The notes under the pieces are model-generated. The model was not told the DNA's origin. It did no database searches and worked only from the letters and a program-made list of their open reading frames with translations. This document shows, one piece after another, positions 39,812-50,410 of a stretch of 64,000 bases of DNA (within the stretch, counting starts at the first letter, position 1; each line of letters opens with the position of its first letter). The position numbers and the translations under genes were made by a program. Origin of the DNA: Nitrospirota bacterium. GTDB lineage: Bacteria; Nitrospirota; Thermodesulfovibrionia; Thermodesulfovibrionales; UBA9159. The stretch spans positions 224,001 through 288,000 of the forward strand of contig CAVOUE010000006.1 in NCBI GenBank assembly GCA_963699545.1. Direction: 5' to 3'.

Positions 39812-41746
39812 ATGGTAACAAAAGAGAAAAATAGCGCAAAGCGCACGAATGTTCAGGATGTCATCGGGTTCCTGAGGGGTGTTTCGCCCTTTCAGGACCT
39901 TGATGAGCCCACCTTGAGAGAACTTGCAGAGGGTGTCTCGATGGAATTCTATCCAAAAGGCTCAACCATTCTCCAGCAGGAAGGCCCCGCCAGCGAGTAC
40001 CTACGGATCGTCAAAAAGGGCTCTGTGAGGGTCTTCATGAAGTCCGGCAAGGACGATGAGCTGGCCATCGATACCAGGGGAGAGGGAGAGAGTTTCGGAT
40101 TCATTTCCCTGGTGAGCGGGGACAAGTCGAGGGCCAATGTAGTGGCCGTGGAGGATACCACCTGTTACCTCATCGGAAAAGTGGCCGTTGTAAAGCTGCT
40201 TGAGACATACCCTGCCTTTGCGGAATACTTCCTCGTATCCTACCTCAATAAGTATATCGACAGGACATATAAGGAAATGCACAAGAGAAGCCTGCTTTAC
40301 GGCGGAGGGGACAGGCTCCTCTTCACCACACCCGTGGGCGACCTCATCACGAAAGAGGTGATCACCGCGTCCCAGGACACGTCCATAAGAGATTCGGCAG
40401 AGATGATGTCTCAGAACGGGATAAGCTCGCTGGTGATCCTGGATGCCGATGGAATACCCGCAGGCGTCGTCACCGACAGGGACCTCAGAGACAAGGTGGT
40501 GTCCAAGGCAAGGAGTGTGCAGGATCCCGTAAAGGACATCATGAGCATCTCCCTCGTAAAGACGGATGCAAAGGATTACTGCTTCGAGGCCATCCTTAAC
40601 ATGATCCGCTACAATATCCACCACCTCCTCGTGATCGACAACGGAAAACTGAAGGGCGTGATCACCAACCATGACCTGATGATGCTCCAGGGCACGTCTC
40701 CCATCTCCATAGCAAGGGAGATAGAGAACCAGCAGTCCATAGAAGGCCTCGTGCCCGCATCGAAGAAGATCAATAAAGTCGTGGAACTGCTCATAAAAGA
40801 AGGGGCAAAGGCGAGCAACATCACGAGGATCATCACCGAGATCAATGACCGCCTCCTCCGGAAGATACTGGAGATCACCGAAAAGAAGCTCGGACGGCCT
40901 CCGCTGAAGTACTGCTGGATCGTGTTTGGGAGCGAGGGGAGAAAGGAACAGACCTTCAGGACCGACCAGGATAACGCCATCATATATGAGGATCCGCGAA
41001 CCCCTGCAAAGGGAGAGGAGGCAAAGACCTACTTTTCGGCATTCACTCTGCTGGTCAGGGATAGCTTGCTGAGATGCGGCTTCCCCCCCTGCCCTGCTGA
41101 TTACATGGCGAGCAACCCAAGGTGGTGCCAGCCCCTTCAGGTGTGGAAAAAATATTTCGCGGGATGGATCAACGAACCGACATCCGACGCAGTTCTGAAG
41201 TCCTTGATATTCTTCGATTTCAGGCCTATCCATGGGGAGATCGGCCTTGCGGAAGGACTGAGGGACTCTCTCACCTCCATGCTGGAGGGACAGATGCTGT
41301 TCCTCGGCTACATGGCAAATACCATCATCAATAACATGCCTCCCCTCAGCTTTTTTAAATCGTTCGTCGTCGAAAAAGGCGGCGAACACAAGGACGAATT
41401 CGACCTTAAGGTCAAGGGTATCGCCCCCCTGGTTGACGCGGTGCGGCTGTTTGCCCTGGAAAGAGGCGTACGGGAGACCTCAACCCTCGAAAGGATTACC
41501 GCACTGAGAGAGAGACACACCATCGTAAAGGAGTATGCGGATGAACTGGAGCATGCCTTTGAGTTCATCATGCTTCTCCGGATCCACCACCAGATCGAGC
41601 AGATAGAAGCGGGAAAGAAGCCTGACAACTTCATAAACCCGAACAAACTCAGCAACCTCGAAAAGAGAATGATAAAAGAAGAGTTCCATCTCATATCGAG
41701 GATGCAGGGGCTTATTATTGAACGTTATAAACCCATGATATGGTGA
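39812..41746 (+). CDS. cNMP-binding/CBS-pair/DUF294 putative nucleotidyltransferase #2
   Basis: Same architecture as #1; GVVTDRDLRDKVV, FGSEGRKEQTFRTDQDNAIIY. Confidence 0.9.
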   Translation: MVTKEKNSAKRTNVQDVIGFLRGVSPFQDLDEPTLRELAEGVSMEFYPKGSTILQQEGPASEYLRIVKKGSVRVFMKSGKDDELAIDTRGEGESFGFISLVSGDKSRANVVAVEDTTCYLIGKVAVVKLLETYPAFAEYFLVSYLNKYIDRTYKEMHKRSLLYGGGDRLLFTTPVGDLITKEVITASQDTSIRDSAEMMSQNGISSLVILDADGIPAGVVTDRDLRDKVVSKARSVQDPVKDIMSISLVKTDAKDYCFEAILNMIRYNIHHLLVIDNGKLKGVITNHDLMMLQGTSPISIAREIENQQSIEGLVPASKKINKVVELLIKEGAKASNITRIITEINDRLLRKILEITEKKLGRPPLKYCWIVFGSEGRKEQTFRTDQDNAIIYEDPRTPAKGEEAKTYFSAFTLLVRDSLLRCGFPPCPADYMASNPRWCQPLQVWKKYFAGWINEPTSDAVLKSLIFFDFRPIHGEIGLAEGLRDSLTSMLEGQMLFLGYMANTIINNMPPLSFFKSFVVEKGGEHKDEFDLKVKGIAPLVDAVRLFALERGVRETSTLERITALRERHTIVKEYADELEHAFEFIMLLRIHHQIEQIEAGKKPDNFINPNKLSNLEKRMIKEEFHLISRMQGLIIERYKPMIW

Positions 41747-42456
41747 GGTGCGACCTGGGATTTCTGAACTTCAGGAGGGCAAAACGCGTGGAAATGGATG
41801 AGACCCTTTCCATCAGGGAGACGAGATACGTGGTCATCGACACGGAACTCACCGGCCTTGATGAGAGAAAGGACTCCATCGTTTCCATTGCTGCCATAAG
41901 AATGGTTGGGGGCAGAATAGATCTCGAAGATACCTTTTACCGGCTGGTAAATCCTGAGACCGAGCTGACAGCAGAGAGCGTGATCATCCACGGGATCACC
42001 CCTTCCGAGGTGGTAACAAAACCCGGGATCGAAAAAGCGCTTTCGGAGTTTCTCCAGTTCTGCAGAAAAGACGTTGTGGTCGGCCACTGCGTATCCATTG
42101 ACCTGAGTTTCATCAACAGGGAGATGAAGAGGATGCTCGGATATACAATGAAGAACCATGCCATTGATACCTCTGCCATATACGAATGGATACAAAAGAA
42201 GTTTTCATCCCGGAGAGCCTTTCCTCACTCATTTACTGATTCGGGGCTCTATGACATCGCGCAATTCTTTGGAATCCCTGTAAACGGAGCACACAACGCG
42301 GTAATGGACGCCTTTATTACTGCACAGGTCTTTCAACGGTTCATCCCTATGCTCATTGACGGGGGGATCAAAAACATAGGGGATTTGTTGAGTGTCGGCA
42401 ACCCATCAAAAGGAGGTGATAGGTCCGGAGCTACACGGGAGATGTACGGTCTTTAA
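41740..42456 (+). CDS. DEDDh 3'-5' exonuclease (DnaQ-like)
   Basis: VVIDTELTGL, IHGIT, VGHCVSIDLSF, HNAVMDAFITA. Confidence 0.88.
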   Translation: MVRCDLGFLNFRRAKRVEMDETLSIRETRYVVIDTELTGLDERKDSIVSIAAIRMVGGRIDLEDTFYRLVNPETELTAESVIIHGITPSEVVTKPGIEKALSEFLQFCRKDVVVGHCVSIDLSFINREMKRMLGYTMKNHAIDTSAIYEWIQKKFSSRRAFPHSFTDSGLYDIAQFFGIPVNGAHNAVMDAFITAQVFQRFIPMLIDGGIKNIGDLLSVGNPSKGGDRSGATREMYGL

Positions 42457-42509
42457 CGCATTACAGCCCGTTTTACCGGGCTGAAACCCTAATAGTAGGA
42501 GGTAAGAGA

Positions 42510-42836
42510 ATGAGCAGTGCAAGCATCAAGAAAAGTGCAGTTGAAATCCTTGAAGATGAGGATTTCAAATCGTTGCACAGTCAGAAGAATACCATCTCGG
42601 TTATTCTGACGATCCTGGAGCTGGTTCTCTATTTCGGGTTCATCGCCCTCATCGCCTTTAACAAGCCCTTCCTGGCCCAGAAACTGAACCCCGATGGCGC
42701 CACGACAATAGGCATACCGATAGCGGTGGGCACCATTCTCCTTTCATGGGTATTCACCGCTATCTACATCTTCTGGGCGAATACCAAGTATGACGTGCTG
42801 GTCAAAAAAGTCAAAGACAAACTAATAGGAGGTTAA
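42510..42836 (+). CDS. DUF485 (YjcH-like) small membrane protein
   Basis: Two TM segments, [20 protein letters not shown]; directly before actP. Confidence 0.88.
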   Translation: MSSASIKKSAVEILEDEDFKSLHSQKNTISVILTILELVLYFGFIALIAFNKPFLAQKLNPDGATTIGIPIAVGTILLSWVFTAIYIFWANTKYDVLVKKVKDKLIGG

Positions 42837-42838
42837 CG

Positions 42839-44595
42839 ATGCCACAGGCAGCTCAGCAAGCAGCACAGACACGATAGGAACGGCTAACCCGACGGCGATC
42901 ATGTTTTTTGTCGCCTTTGTTATCAGCACCCTTGGGATAACATACTGGGCAGCCAAAAGGACAAGGACTACCAAGGACTTCTACGCCGCAGGCAGGAACA
43001 TCACCGGATTCCAGAACGGTCTTGCACTCGCCGGTGACTATATGAGCGCGGCATCCTTCCTGGGTATTGCCGGAATCGTTTCAACAAAAGGGTATGATGG
43101 TCTCATCTACTCGGTGGGATGGCTCGTGGGATGGCCCATCATCATGTTCCTTATCTCGGAACCCCTCAGGAACCTCGGGAAATATACCTTTGCAGACGTT
43201 GTCTCGTACCGTTTGAACGCGCGACCGATAAGGGCGGCGGCGGCGGCGGGCTCCCTCGCTGTTGTTATCACGTATCTTATTGCCCAGATGGTGGGCGCGG
43301 GAACCCTCATTAAGCTCATGTTCGGTCTGCCCTTTGAGGTTGCCATTGTCATCACAGGCTCCCTCATGATCTCATACGTTCTCTTCGGCGGGATGATCGC
43401 CACCACATGGGTCCAGATCATCAAGGCGTGCTTGCTCCTTGGCGGTGCGACCCTTCTCGTGATCCTGACCCTTTCGCAGTTCGGTTTCAGTTACGCCGAG
43501 CTCTTCAAACAGGCATCCACCGCGACCCCGGTCGGACAAAAGTTCCTTGAGCCGGGAATACTTGTGACCAACCCCGTGGATGCATTCTCCCTGGGTCTCG
43601 CCCTCATGTTCGGCACCGCGGGACTGCCCCACATCCTGATGAGGTTCTTCACTGTTCCCGATGCAAAGGCGGCAAGAAAATCCGTCTTCTATGCAACGGC
43701 CTTCATCGGCTACTTCTACATCCTCACCGTTACCATCGGTTTTGGCGCAGCAGTGCTCGTTGGCCAGAAGGTCATCATGGGTATTGACAAAGGCGGTAAC
43801 ATGGCAGGACCACTCCTGGCAGAGGCCCTCGGAGGAAATCTTTTCCTCGGCTTCCTGTCGGCAGTCGCCTTTGCGACGATCCTTGCCGTTGTTTCCGGAC
43901 TGACCCTCGCGGGAGCGTCTGCTTTTTCGCATGACCTTTTTGTGGGTGTCGTCAGGCGTGGCCAGGCATCGGAGAAGGACGAAGTCAAGGTCGCAAAGAT
44001 CGCTACCGTAGGTCTTGGTGCAACGGCCATACTCCTTGGAGTTCTCTTTAAGGGGCAGAACGTCGCCTTTCTCGTCGGTCTTACCTTTGCCATCGCGGCC
44101 AGCGCTAATTTCCCTGCGCTTATCATGTCGATCCTGTGGAGGAAATTTACCACGGCCGGTGCAGTATCAAGTATTTACGCCGGCCTCGTCGTTTCGGTTC
44201 TGCTCCTGATCCTCGGTCCCACGATCTGGGTCGACATCATCCACAAGAGTGAAGTGGATGCGGTCGCAAAACAGGTGAAGAGCATTGAAGACCCTTTAAA
44301 AGCCAAGGTGACTGACCTCGAAAAACTGAAAGTTCCCGGCCTTGATGCAGCAAAAATGGCAGAGATCGATGCGTCGATAGCTGCAGAAAAGAAAGCTGCT
44401 GAGCCTCAGATCAAGGAGGCAAAAGGCAAAATGCCGCAGCCCATATTCCCGCTTAGGAATCCCGGCATATACTCAATGGCTGCAGCGTTCCTTATGGGTA
44501 TCCTCGTGTCCCTGCTGGCGCCGGACAAGCAAGCAGAGGCAAAGTTTAACGGGGAAAAGGTCAGAGAGTACATAGGCGTAGGAGCGGAAGACTAG
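42839..44595 (+). CDS. actP: Cation/acetate symporter (indel near 42870)
   Basis: [69 protein letters not shown] before ATG 42839. Confidence 0.92.
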
Positions 44596-44624
44596 AAAAC
44601 GCTTATGGGATAGAAAGAGCAGCA

Positions 44625-44670
44625 TGCGGGAGTCAGGATGGGGTTTCCCCGCTTCTGACTCCCGCACTTT
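44625..44670 (+). terminator. Stem-loop between actP and acs
   Basis: TGCGGGAGTCAGGA...TTCTGACTCCCGCA followed by CTTT. Confidence 0.5.
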
Positions 44671-44767
44671 CAGTACGTGATACCAAGCGTCTCACACAGA
44701 GCAAGGACACGAGTGTCACATAGCAGGCGGGACGCAGCTATAAGCAAAAAGAAAAGGAGGAGAGCCT

Positions 44768-46843
44768 GTGAGCAAAAAAGAAAAAGAAGAGAAAGGCATT
44801 GAAACATCAGAGGCCGAAATAGCGGTCCATTGGGGGGAAGAGCAATATTTCTATCCCTCTACGAAGTTTATCGCTCAGGCAAACATGACCGACGAAACGA
44901 TCTATGATCGCTTTTCACTCGAGAATTTTCCGAACTGTTTCAAGGAGTATGCAGACCTTTTGACCTGGTACAAGTATTGGGACGAAACCCTCGATACCAG
45001 TGATGCCCCTTGCTTCAGGTGGTTCAAGGGCGGCCTTATCAATGCGAGCTATAACTGCGTTGACCGGCACTTGAAGGAATACAAAAATAAGACCGCCATC
45101 CATTTTGTTCCGGAACTCGAGAATGAAAAGGTCGAGCATGTGACCTATCAGGAACTCTATGTGAGGGTGAACGAGTTTGCGGCTGTCCTCAAAGATTTCT
45201 GCGGTTTGAAGGCGGGAGACAGGGTAACGCTGCATATGCCGATGGTGGCAGAGCTTCCGATCACTATGCTCGCCTGCGCACGCCTTGGAATCATTCACTC
45301 CCAGGTCTTCGGCGGTTTCAGTGGAAAGGCCTGCGCCGACAGAATAGTTGACTCCAAGAGCCACGTCCTGATAACGATCGATGCGTATTACAGGGGCGGA
45401 CAGCTTATTGATCACAAGGAAAAGGCCGATATTGCTCTTGAGGAAGCGTCCAAAGAGGGGCAGGAGGTTGATAAAGTCCTTGTATGGCAGCGCTATCCCG
45501 GCAAATATTCCGCAAAGACCCCGATGAAGGAGGGTCGCGATTTCTTTGTCAATGACCTCCTGAAAAAATATTATGGAGTGAGGATCGATCCGGTCCCGAT
45601 GCTTTCGGAGGCGCCGCTGTTCCTCATGTACACCAGCGGCACTACCGGAAAGCCAAAAGGCTGTCAGCACAACACCGGCGGTTACCTTGCCTATGTGGCC
45701 GGCACATCCAAGTATGTTCAGGACATCCATCCCACAGATGTTTATTGGTGTATGGCTGACATCGGATGGATCACCGGTCATTCATACATCGTTTACGGAC
45801 CTCTTGCGCTTGCCGCTTCTACGGTAATTTACGAGGGCATTCCGACATATCCTGATGCCGGCAGATGCTGGAGGATTGCACAGGATCTGGATGTGAACAT
45901 CTTCCACACTGCGCCGACCGCCATCCGCGCACTCAGAAAAGTCGGTCCTGATGAGCCTGCAAAATACCATTACCACTTCAAGCACATGACCACGGTGGGG
46001 GAGCCTATCGAGCCGGAAGTCTGGAAGTGGTATTATCACGAAGTCGGCAAGAATGAAGCGGCCATTGTTGACACATGGTGGCAGACGGAGAACGGCGGCT
46101 TCCTCTGCAGCACCCTGCCGGCTATAAAACCGATGAAGCCCGGCAGCGCTGGTCCTGGTGTGCCGGGTATCCATCCGATCGTGTATGACAATGACGGAAA
46201 TGTTGTTCCGACAGGATCAGGTAAGGCGGGAAATATCTGTATACAGAACCCGTGGCCAGGCATGTTCCACACCATCTGGGGAGACCGCGAACGTTTTGTC
46301 AAGCAGTATTTCGAACGGTACTGCAAAGACCCGAAGAGCAAGAGATGGCAGGATTGGCCCTATCTTACGGGTGATGCTGCGGTCGTGGCATCTGACGGCT
46401 ATGTCCGTATCCTCGGCCGGATCGACGATGTTATCAATGTTTCAGGTCACAGACTGGGAACCAAGGAGATTGAATCCGCCGCGCTTACCCACCCTGATGT
46501 CGCGGAAGCGGCCGTTGTACCGGTTAAACATGAGGTCAAGGGAAAGGAGCCTGATCTGTACGTTGCCTTGAAGCCCGGTAAAACGGGAGGAGACGATCTC
46601 GCAAAAGCGATATCAGCGTGCGTCGTCAAGGAGATCGGGGCGATAGCGAGGCCGAGGAAGGTCTGGATCGTGCCTGATATGCCCAAGACCCGCTCGGGAA
46701 AGATCATGCGCAGGGTGCTCGGCGCCATTTCCAACGGCACCGATGTGGGTGATGTTATGACATTGGCAAACCCTGATATTGTCGAGGCTATCACGAAGAT
46801 GGTGCAGGGGAACGAAAAAGAGAAGCTCAAGGATCAGTTCTAG
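44768..46843 (+). CDS. acs: Acetyl-CoA synthetase (acetate-CoA ligase)
   Basis: YTSGTTGKPKG, ADIGWITGHSYIVYGPL, DTWWQTENGG, PKTRSGKIMRR. Confidence 0.95.
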   Translation: MSKKEKEEKGIETSEAEIAVHWGEEQYFYPSTKFIAQANMTDETIYDRFSLENFPNCFKEYADLLTWYKYWDETLDTSDAPCFRWFKGGLINASYNCVDRHLKEYKNKTAIHFVPELENEKVEHVTYQELYVRVNEFAAVLKDFCGLKAGDRVTLHMPMVAELPITMLACARLGIIHSQVFGGFSGKACADRIVDSKSHVLITIDAYYRGGQLIDHKEKADIALEEASKEGQEVDKVLVWQRYPGKYSAKTPMKEGRDFFVNDLLKKYYGVRIDPVPMLSEAPLFLMYTSGTTGKPKGCQHNTGGYLAYVAGTSKYVQDIHPTDVYWCMADIGWITGHSYIVYGPLALAASTVIYEGIPTYPDAGRCWRIAQDLDVNIFHTAPTAIRALRKVGPDEPAKYHYHFKHMTTVGEPIEPEVWKWYYHEVGKNEAAIVDTWWQTENGGFLCSTLPAIKPMKPGSAGPGVPGIHPIVYDNDGNVVPTGSGKAGNICIQNPWPGMFHTIWGDRERFVKQYFERYCKDPKSKRWQDWPYLTGDAAVVASDGYVRILGRIDDVINVSGHRLGTKEIESAALTHPDVAEAAVVPVKHEVKGKEPDLYVALKPGKTGGDDLAKAISACVVKEIGAIARPRKVWIVPDMPKTRSGKIMRRVLGAISNGTDVGDVMTLANPDIVEAITKMVQGNEKEKLKDQF

Positions 46844-46895
46844 ATCAGGAAGCAAAGAACCCCTTGAAGTCAAAGCAAGGGGGTCGTAGCCGGGC

Positions 46896-46933
46896 CGGAG
46901 CAACCTCAAAGCATGGGGTTGCTCCGCATTTTT
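46896..46933 (+). terminator. Intrinsic terminator after acs
   Basis: CGGAGCAACC...GGTTGCTCCG followed by CATTTTT. Confidence 0.65.
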
Positions 46934-47025
46934 GCTTGAACGGTGTAAGATAAGGGAAGCTTCGGGCAGTTTTGCGACCTGCAGAGGGTCTTCTGAAGAA
47001 AGGACCTGCCCGTTAAGAGATTGCC

Positions 47026-47577
47026 ATGGACAAATTTCTTATACGTAAAGACGATTCTGCCCTTGTGATAGTCGATATACAGGAGCGGCTTGCTGTTGTG
47101 ATGAGCGAGAGAGAGAAGGTCGTCAGGAATACCCTCCATCTCATAGAAGTTGCACAACTTCTCCGTCTTCCCATTCTTGTTACCGAGCAGTATCCAAAGG
47201 GACTCGGTCCCACAGTGCAGGAGATACGAGGAGCCCTTCCCTCCTATGAACCCATAGAGAAACTCACCTTCAGCTGCTGCGGAGAGCCTGTTTTTCTGAA
47301 GACCCTTGCCTCGACGGGAAAGAAAAAGATCATCCTCTGCGGCATGGAAACTCATGTCTGCGTCCTGCAGACCTGCATTGGTTCTTTAAAGGAAGGATAC
47401 ACCGTTCATGTGGTCAGCGACGCCATCTGCTCGCGTTCAAAGGAGAACTTCGAGACAGGAATCGAATTCATGAGGGACGCCGGCGCGGTAATAACGGGCG
47501 CAGAAACCGTCTTGTTCCAGTTACTTGAGAGGGCAGGTACGGAAGAGTTCAAGATCATCTCCAGGAGGATAAGATAG
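47026..47577 (+). CDS. Isochorismatase-family hydrolase
   Basis: LVIVDIQERL, TEQYPKGLGPTV, EKLTFSCC, GMETHVCVLQT. Confidence 0.9.
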   Translation: MDKFLIRKDDSALVIVDIQERLAVVMSEREKVVRNTLHLIEVAQLLRLPILVTEQYPKGLGPTVQEIRGALPSYEPIEKLTFSCCGEPVFLKTLASTGKKKIILCGMETHVCVLQTCIGSLKEGYTVHVVSDAICSRSKENFETGIEFMRDAGAVITGAETVLFQLLERAGTEEFKIISRRIR

Positions 47578-47666
47578 ATGGGGAGATTCACCGTGACTTT
47601 TTCCTGCACGGTGAGACTTGCCGGGCTTAAGATGCGGGATGATGCACCAAAAAAGGGGAAGGCATT

Positions 47667-48272
47667 ATGATCACTACTCTTTTGGATGGCAATAAGAAGT
47701 TTGTATCAGAGCAGTTCGAGAAGGAGAAGGAATTTTACGATGCATTATTAAAGGATCAAAAGCCTACGGTGCTTTGGATAGGGTGCTCCGATTCCAGGGT
47801 TGCTGTCAACACTATTACCCATACGAAGCCGGGGGAAGTCTTTGTCCATCGTAATGTAGCCAACATTGTAGCGGCGAATGACTGGAACTTGAGCGCTGTT
47901 CTGGAGTTTTCGATCAACCATCTGAAAATCCCGGATGTGGTTATCTGCGGTCATTATGGGTGCGGCGGAATTCAAGCCCTCGATGAAGAGGACATAGAAG
48001 ACAAGTATATCCCCATCTGGCTCATTAACGCGTTCAAGGCCAAGGAACGGGTGGATGAGAAGTTGAAGGCCTTGCATATCGAAATTCTGCAGGAACAGCG
48101 GATGAAACTCATTGTGGAGGAGAATGTGCGGCTACAGCTTGAGCACCTGCAGGAATACCCTTTTGTCCGCAGGGCGATGAATGAAAAGAAACTGAACCTT
48201 CACGGCTGGGTATATGATATGGCAACCGGAGAGATACGGATTGTGAGGACAGAGCGTCCGCTCAAGGTCTGA
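47667..48272 (+). CDS. can: Beta-class carbonic anhydrase
   Basis: WIGCSDSRV, GEVFVHRNVAN, CGHYGCGG, LHGWVYD. Confidence 0.93.
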   Translation: MITTLLDGNKKFVSEQFEKEKEFYDALLKDQKPTVLWIGCSDSRVAVNTITHTKPGEVFVHRNVANIVAANDWNLSAVLEFSINHLKIPDVVICGHYGCGGIQALDEEDIEDKYIPIWLINAFKAKERVDEKLKALHIEILQEQRMKLIVEENVRLQLEHLQEYPFVRRAMNEKKLNLHGWVYDMATGEIRIVRTERPLKV

Positions 48273-48326
48273 GTCGCTCTCCGTATTTCTCTCTATTTCT
48301 ATAAAGAAGATAAAGGAGAAAAGAAC

Positions 48327-48915
48327 ATGGAGTCGATAGAAAAACTGCTGGAAAAGATGCTGCTTCATTATGAAAAAAAAGAGTATTCCAGCGCCGAGAA
48401 ACTGGCGGATGAACTGCTTGCATCTCAGCCGACCTTTCACAAAGCATGGTTTCTCAAGGGGGTGATCCTTGAGGAGACCGGGAGAACGTCCTGAAGCTGA
48501 AAAAATGTACGAAAAAGCCGGCAATTTGTTTAATATGTGGATCCGTTTGGCATTGCAGCTGCATGAGGTCGATCCTGACCGTGCGATCGAATATTACGAA
48601 CGGGTCCTCCAGTTAGATCGCACTTTTAACCTGGCATTGCTCAACAAAGGACTCCTCTACGAAAAAATGGGCAGGCTGGACGAGGCGCGTTCCTGTTTCA
48701 GGAACCTTTCGCCCGGGAAAGAACTGATCTCCAAGGTGGTGATACCGGCAGGTTTTATGGCCTTGCTGATCGGAAGCGGGCTGATGCTGGTTCATAAAGG
48801 AGACATGATCATCTCAATGTTTTCCTTTGCATCAGCGGTCGTCTGTTTTTTCTGGCTCAAGCGGGATGCGGGCATGGCGATAAAGATGCTCATGAAAAAG
48901 AACAAATACAAATGA
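48327..48915 (+). CDS. TPR-repeat protein with two C-terminal TM helices (indel near 48480)
   Basis: AWFLKGVILEE, AIEYYERVLQLD...ALLNKGLLYEKMGRLDEA; GGAG RBS before ATG 48327. Confidence 0.7.
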
Positions 48916-49213
48916 AATGGACGGCCGGAGTCTTTGGTTTTCTCATATGCCTTCGGCAAGGCGCCCCTTCGCCTCTCTAGTTCCTCCCATCAGCAAAGAT
49001 TTTCCGGCATGAGCTGGCAAGAAACGGACAATCCCTATTTCTCTTGCAATGCTGAGATACCTGCTTCTTGCCTTTGTAAGACTCCCCGCCATAGCCTCCG
49101 TTTCAATGCCCTGATCGAAACAGCCGCAAAGCAACCGCAAGCCGAATGGCCCGTATCTAATAACGAATTTGCCGGTACTACGCTCTTGCCCACAAAAAGT
49201 GGTAAAATAAAAT

Positions 49214-49750
49214 ATGAAAAGGAACAGCTCCATACAACTGATTTTGCTGGCGATCTTATCTCTGGCCGTGTTCGGCGTTTTCCCCGCTGAAGGAAAATCT
49301 CTGGTCACTGAAGAAGCAACCTCGATAGATGTCCCGGGAACGTTCACGCTAATATTGTATGGAGGAGGACATTCCAGGGATGTGGAGAGTTTAGCCCTCC
49401 TCGACCTTGAAGGTGACCTGTACACTCTTGAACCCTATGCTCCTGAATTCGACTACAGGATCATCAAGGGTCTTTCGGCTAGAGATGCCATCGGGAGGGC
49501 AGAAAGCTTCCTCAGTTCGCGCTATGCCTTCCGGAGAACCGTGTTGAGCAGGATACTCGACAGCAGCGGCAAGACCATCGGATTTGAGGTCAGACCGTTG
49601 TACGACCCTCTCACATTCGGCCTTACTGACGTCCTCGACGTCGATTATGCTCCAAGGAAAGATGGAACAGTGAGGGTCCATATACGTCTCTGGCCTTCTG
49701 TTCAGAGACAGCTTTACGGGGACGATGCTTCTAAGGGTGACGGCCACTAA
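49214..49750 (+). CDS. Exported hypothetical protein
   Basis: 178-aa ORF with an N-terminal signal peptide; no family recognised. Confidence 0.65.
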   Translation: MKRNSSIQLILLAILSLAVFGVFPAEGKSLVTEEATSIDVPGTFTLILYGGGHSRDVESLALLDLEGDLYTLEPYAPEFDYRIIKGLSARDAIGRAESFLSSRYAFRRTVLSRILDSSGKTIGFEVRPLYDPLTFGLTDVLDVDYAPRKDGTVRVHIRLWPSVQRQLYGDDASKGDGH

Positions 49751-49911
49751 GATCAACGACTGAAGCCTCTGCCCGCCTTGCGCCGGACGGCCGCAGCCGG
49801 ACTGCGGGCAATTATTTCATGGTATGCCTCATCTTAACTCCTTTGTTTCCTTAAGTGCTATCCTTGTATTCTGTCATCCCAAAGTTTTCCGGGAATGGTA
49901 AAATGGGACAT

Positions 49912-50355
49912 ATGAAGATCGTCTGCCAGAACAAAAAGGCATTTCACGACTACAGCATTGAAGAGACGCTGGAAGCGGGCATTCAGCTTCTGGGGACGGA
50001 GGTGAAGTCTCTCCGGGACGGGAAAGCGAACCTCAAGGACAGTTATGTGTTGGTCAAGAATGCGGAGGCGTTTCTCTTCAATTGTCATATCAGCCCCTAC
50101 TCTCACGGAAACATCATGAACCATGATCCCCTGCGGACGCGAAAACTCCTCCTCCACAGAAAGGAGATAGAGAGGCTGCGGGGAAAGATCCAGCAGAAAG
50201 GCTATACGCTGCTCCCTCTTAAGGTATATTTTAAGGCTTCCCACGCAAAAGTCGAAATAGGCCTGGCAAAGGGAAAGAAAGTCTATGAGAAAAGAGAGAC
50301 GATAAAGGAAAGGGAAGCGAAGCGGACCATCGAGAGGGCGATGAAGAGCCGGTGA
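49912..50355 (+). CDS. smpB: SsrA-binding protein
   Basis: NKKAFHDY...[34 protein letters not shown]. Confidence 0.96.
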   Translation: MKIVCQNKKAFHDYSIEETLEAGIQLLGTEVKSLRDGKANLKDSYVLVKNAEAFLFNCHISPYSHGNIMNHDPLRTRKLLLHRKEIERLRGKIQQKGYTLLPLKVYFKASHAKVEIGLAKGKKVYEKRETIKEREAKRTIERAMKSR

Positions 50356-50375
50356 TGCAGGATGTCCGCCTCTCG

Positions 50376-50384
50376 TGGTATAAT
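50376..50384 (+). promoter_or_regulatory. Extended -10 promoter for ssrA
   Basis: TGGTATAAT, 26 nt before the mature tmRNA 5' end. Confidence 0.6.
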
Positions 50385-50410
50385 AAGTGAAGGCCAAAGG
50401 CCTTTCAGTC

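Noticed and set aside
37793-41389. Long antisense ORFs (455 aa and 462 aa)
   Set aside because: Shadow ORFs opposite well-supported genes, with no recognisable motifs. The same applies to 30080..31042 and 32464..33240.
46897-46910. 14-nt identity (GGAGCAACCTCAAA) between the acs terminator and the rtcB hairpin
   Set aside because: Several chance 14-mer matches are expected in 64 kb; the 3' arms differ.
48934-49290. Short ORFs in the spacer after the TPR gene
   Set aside because: No recognisable RBS or family features, and they overlap the start of the 49214 gene.
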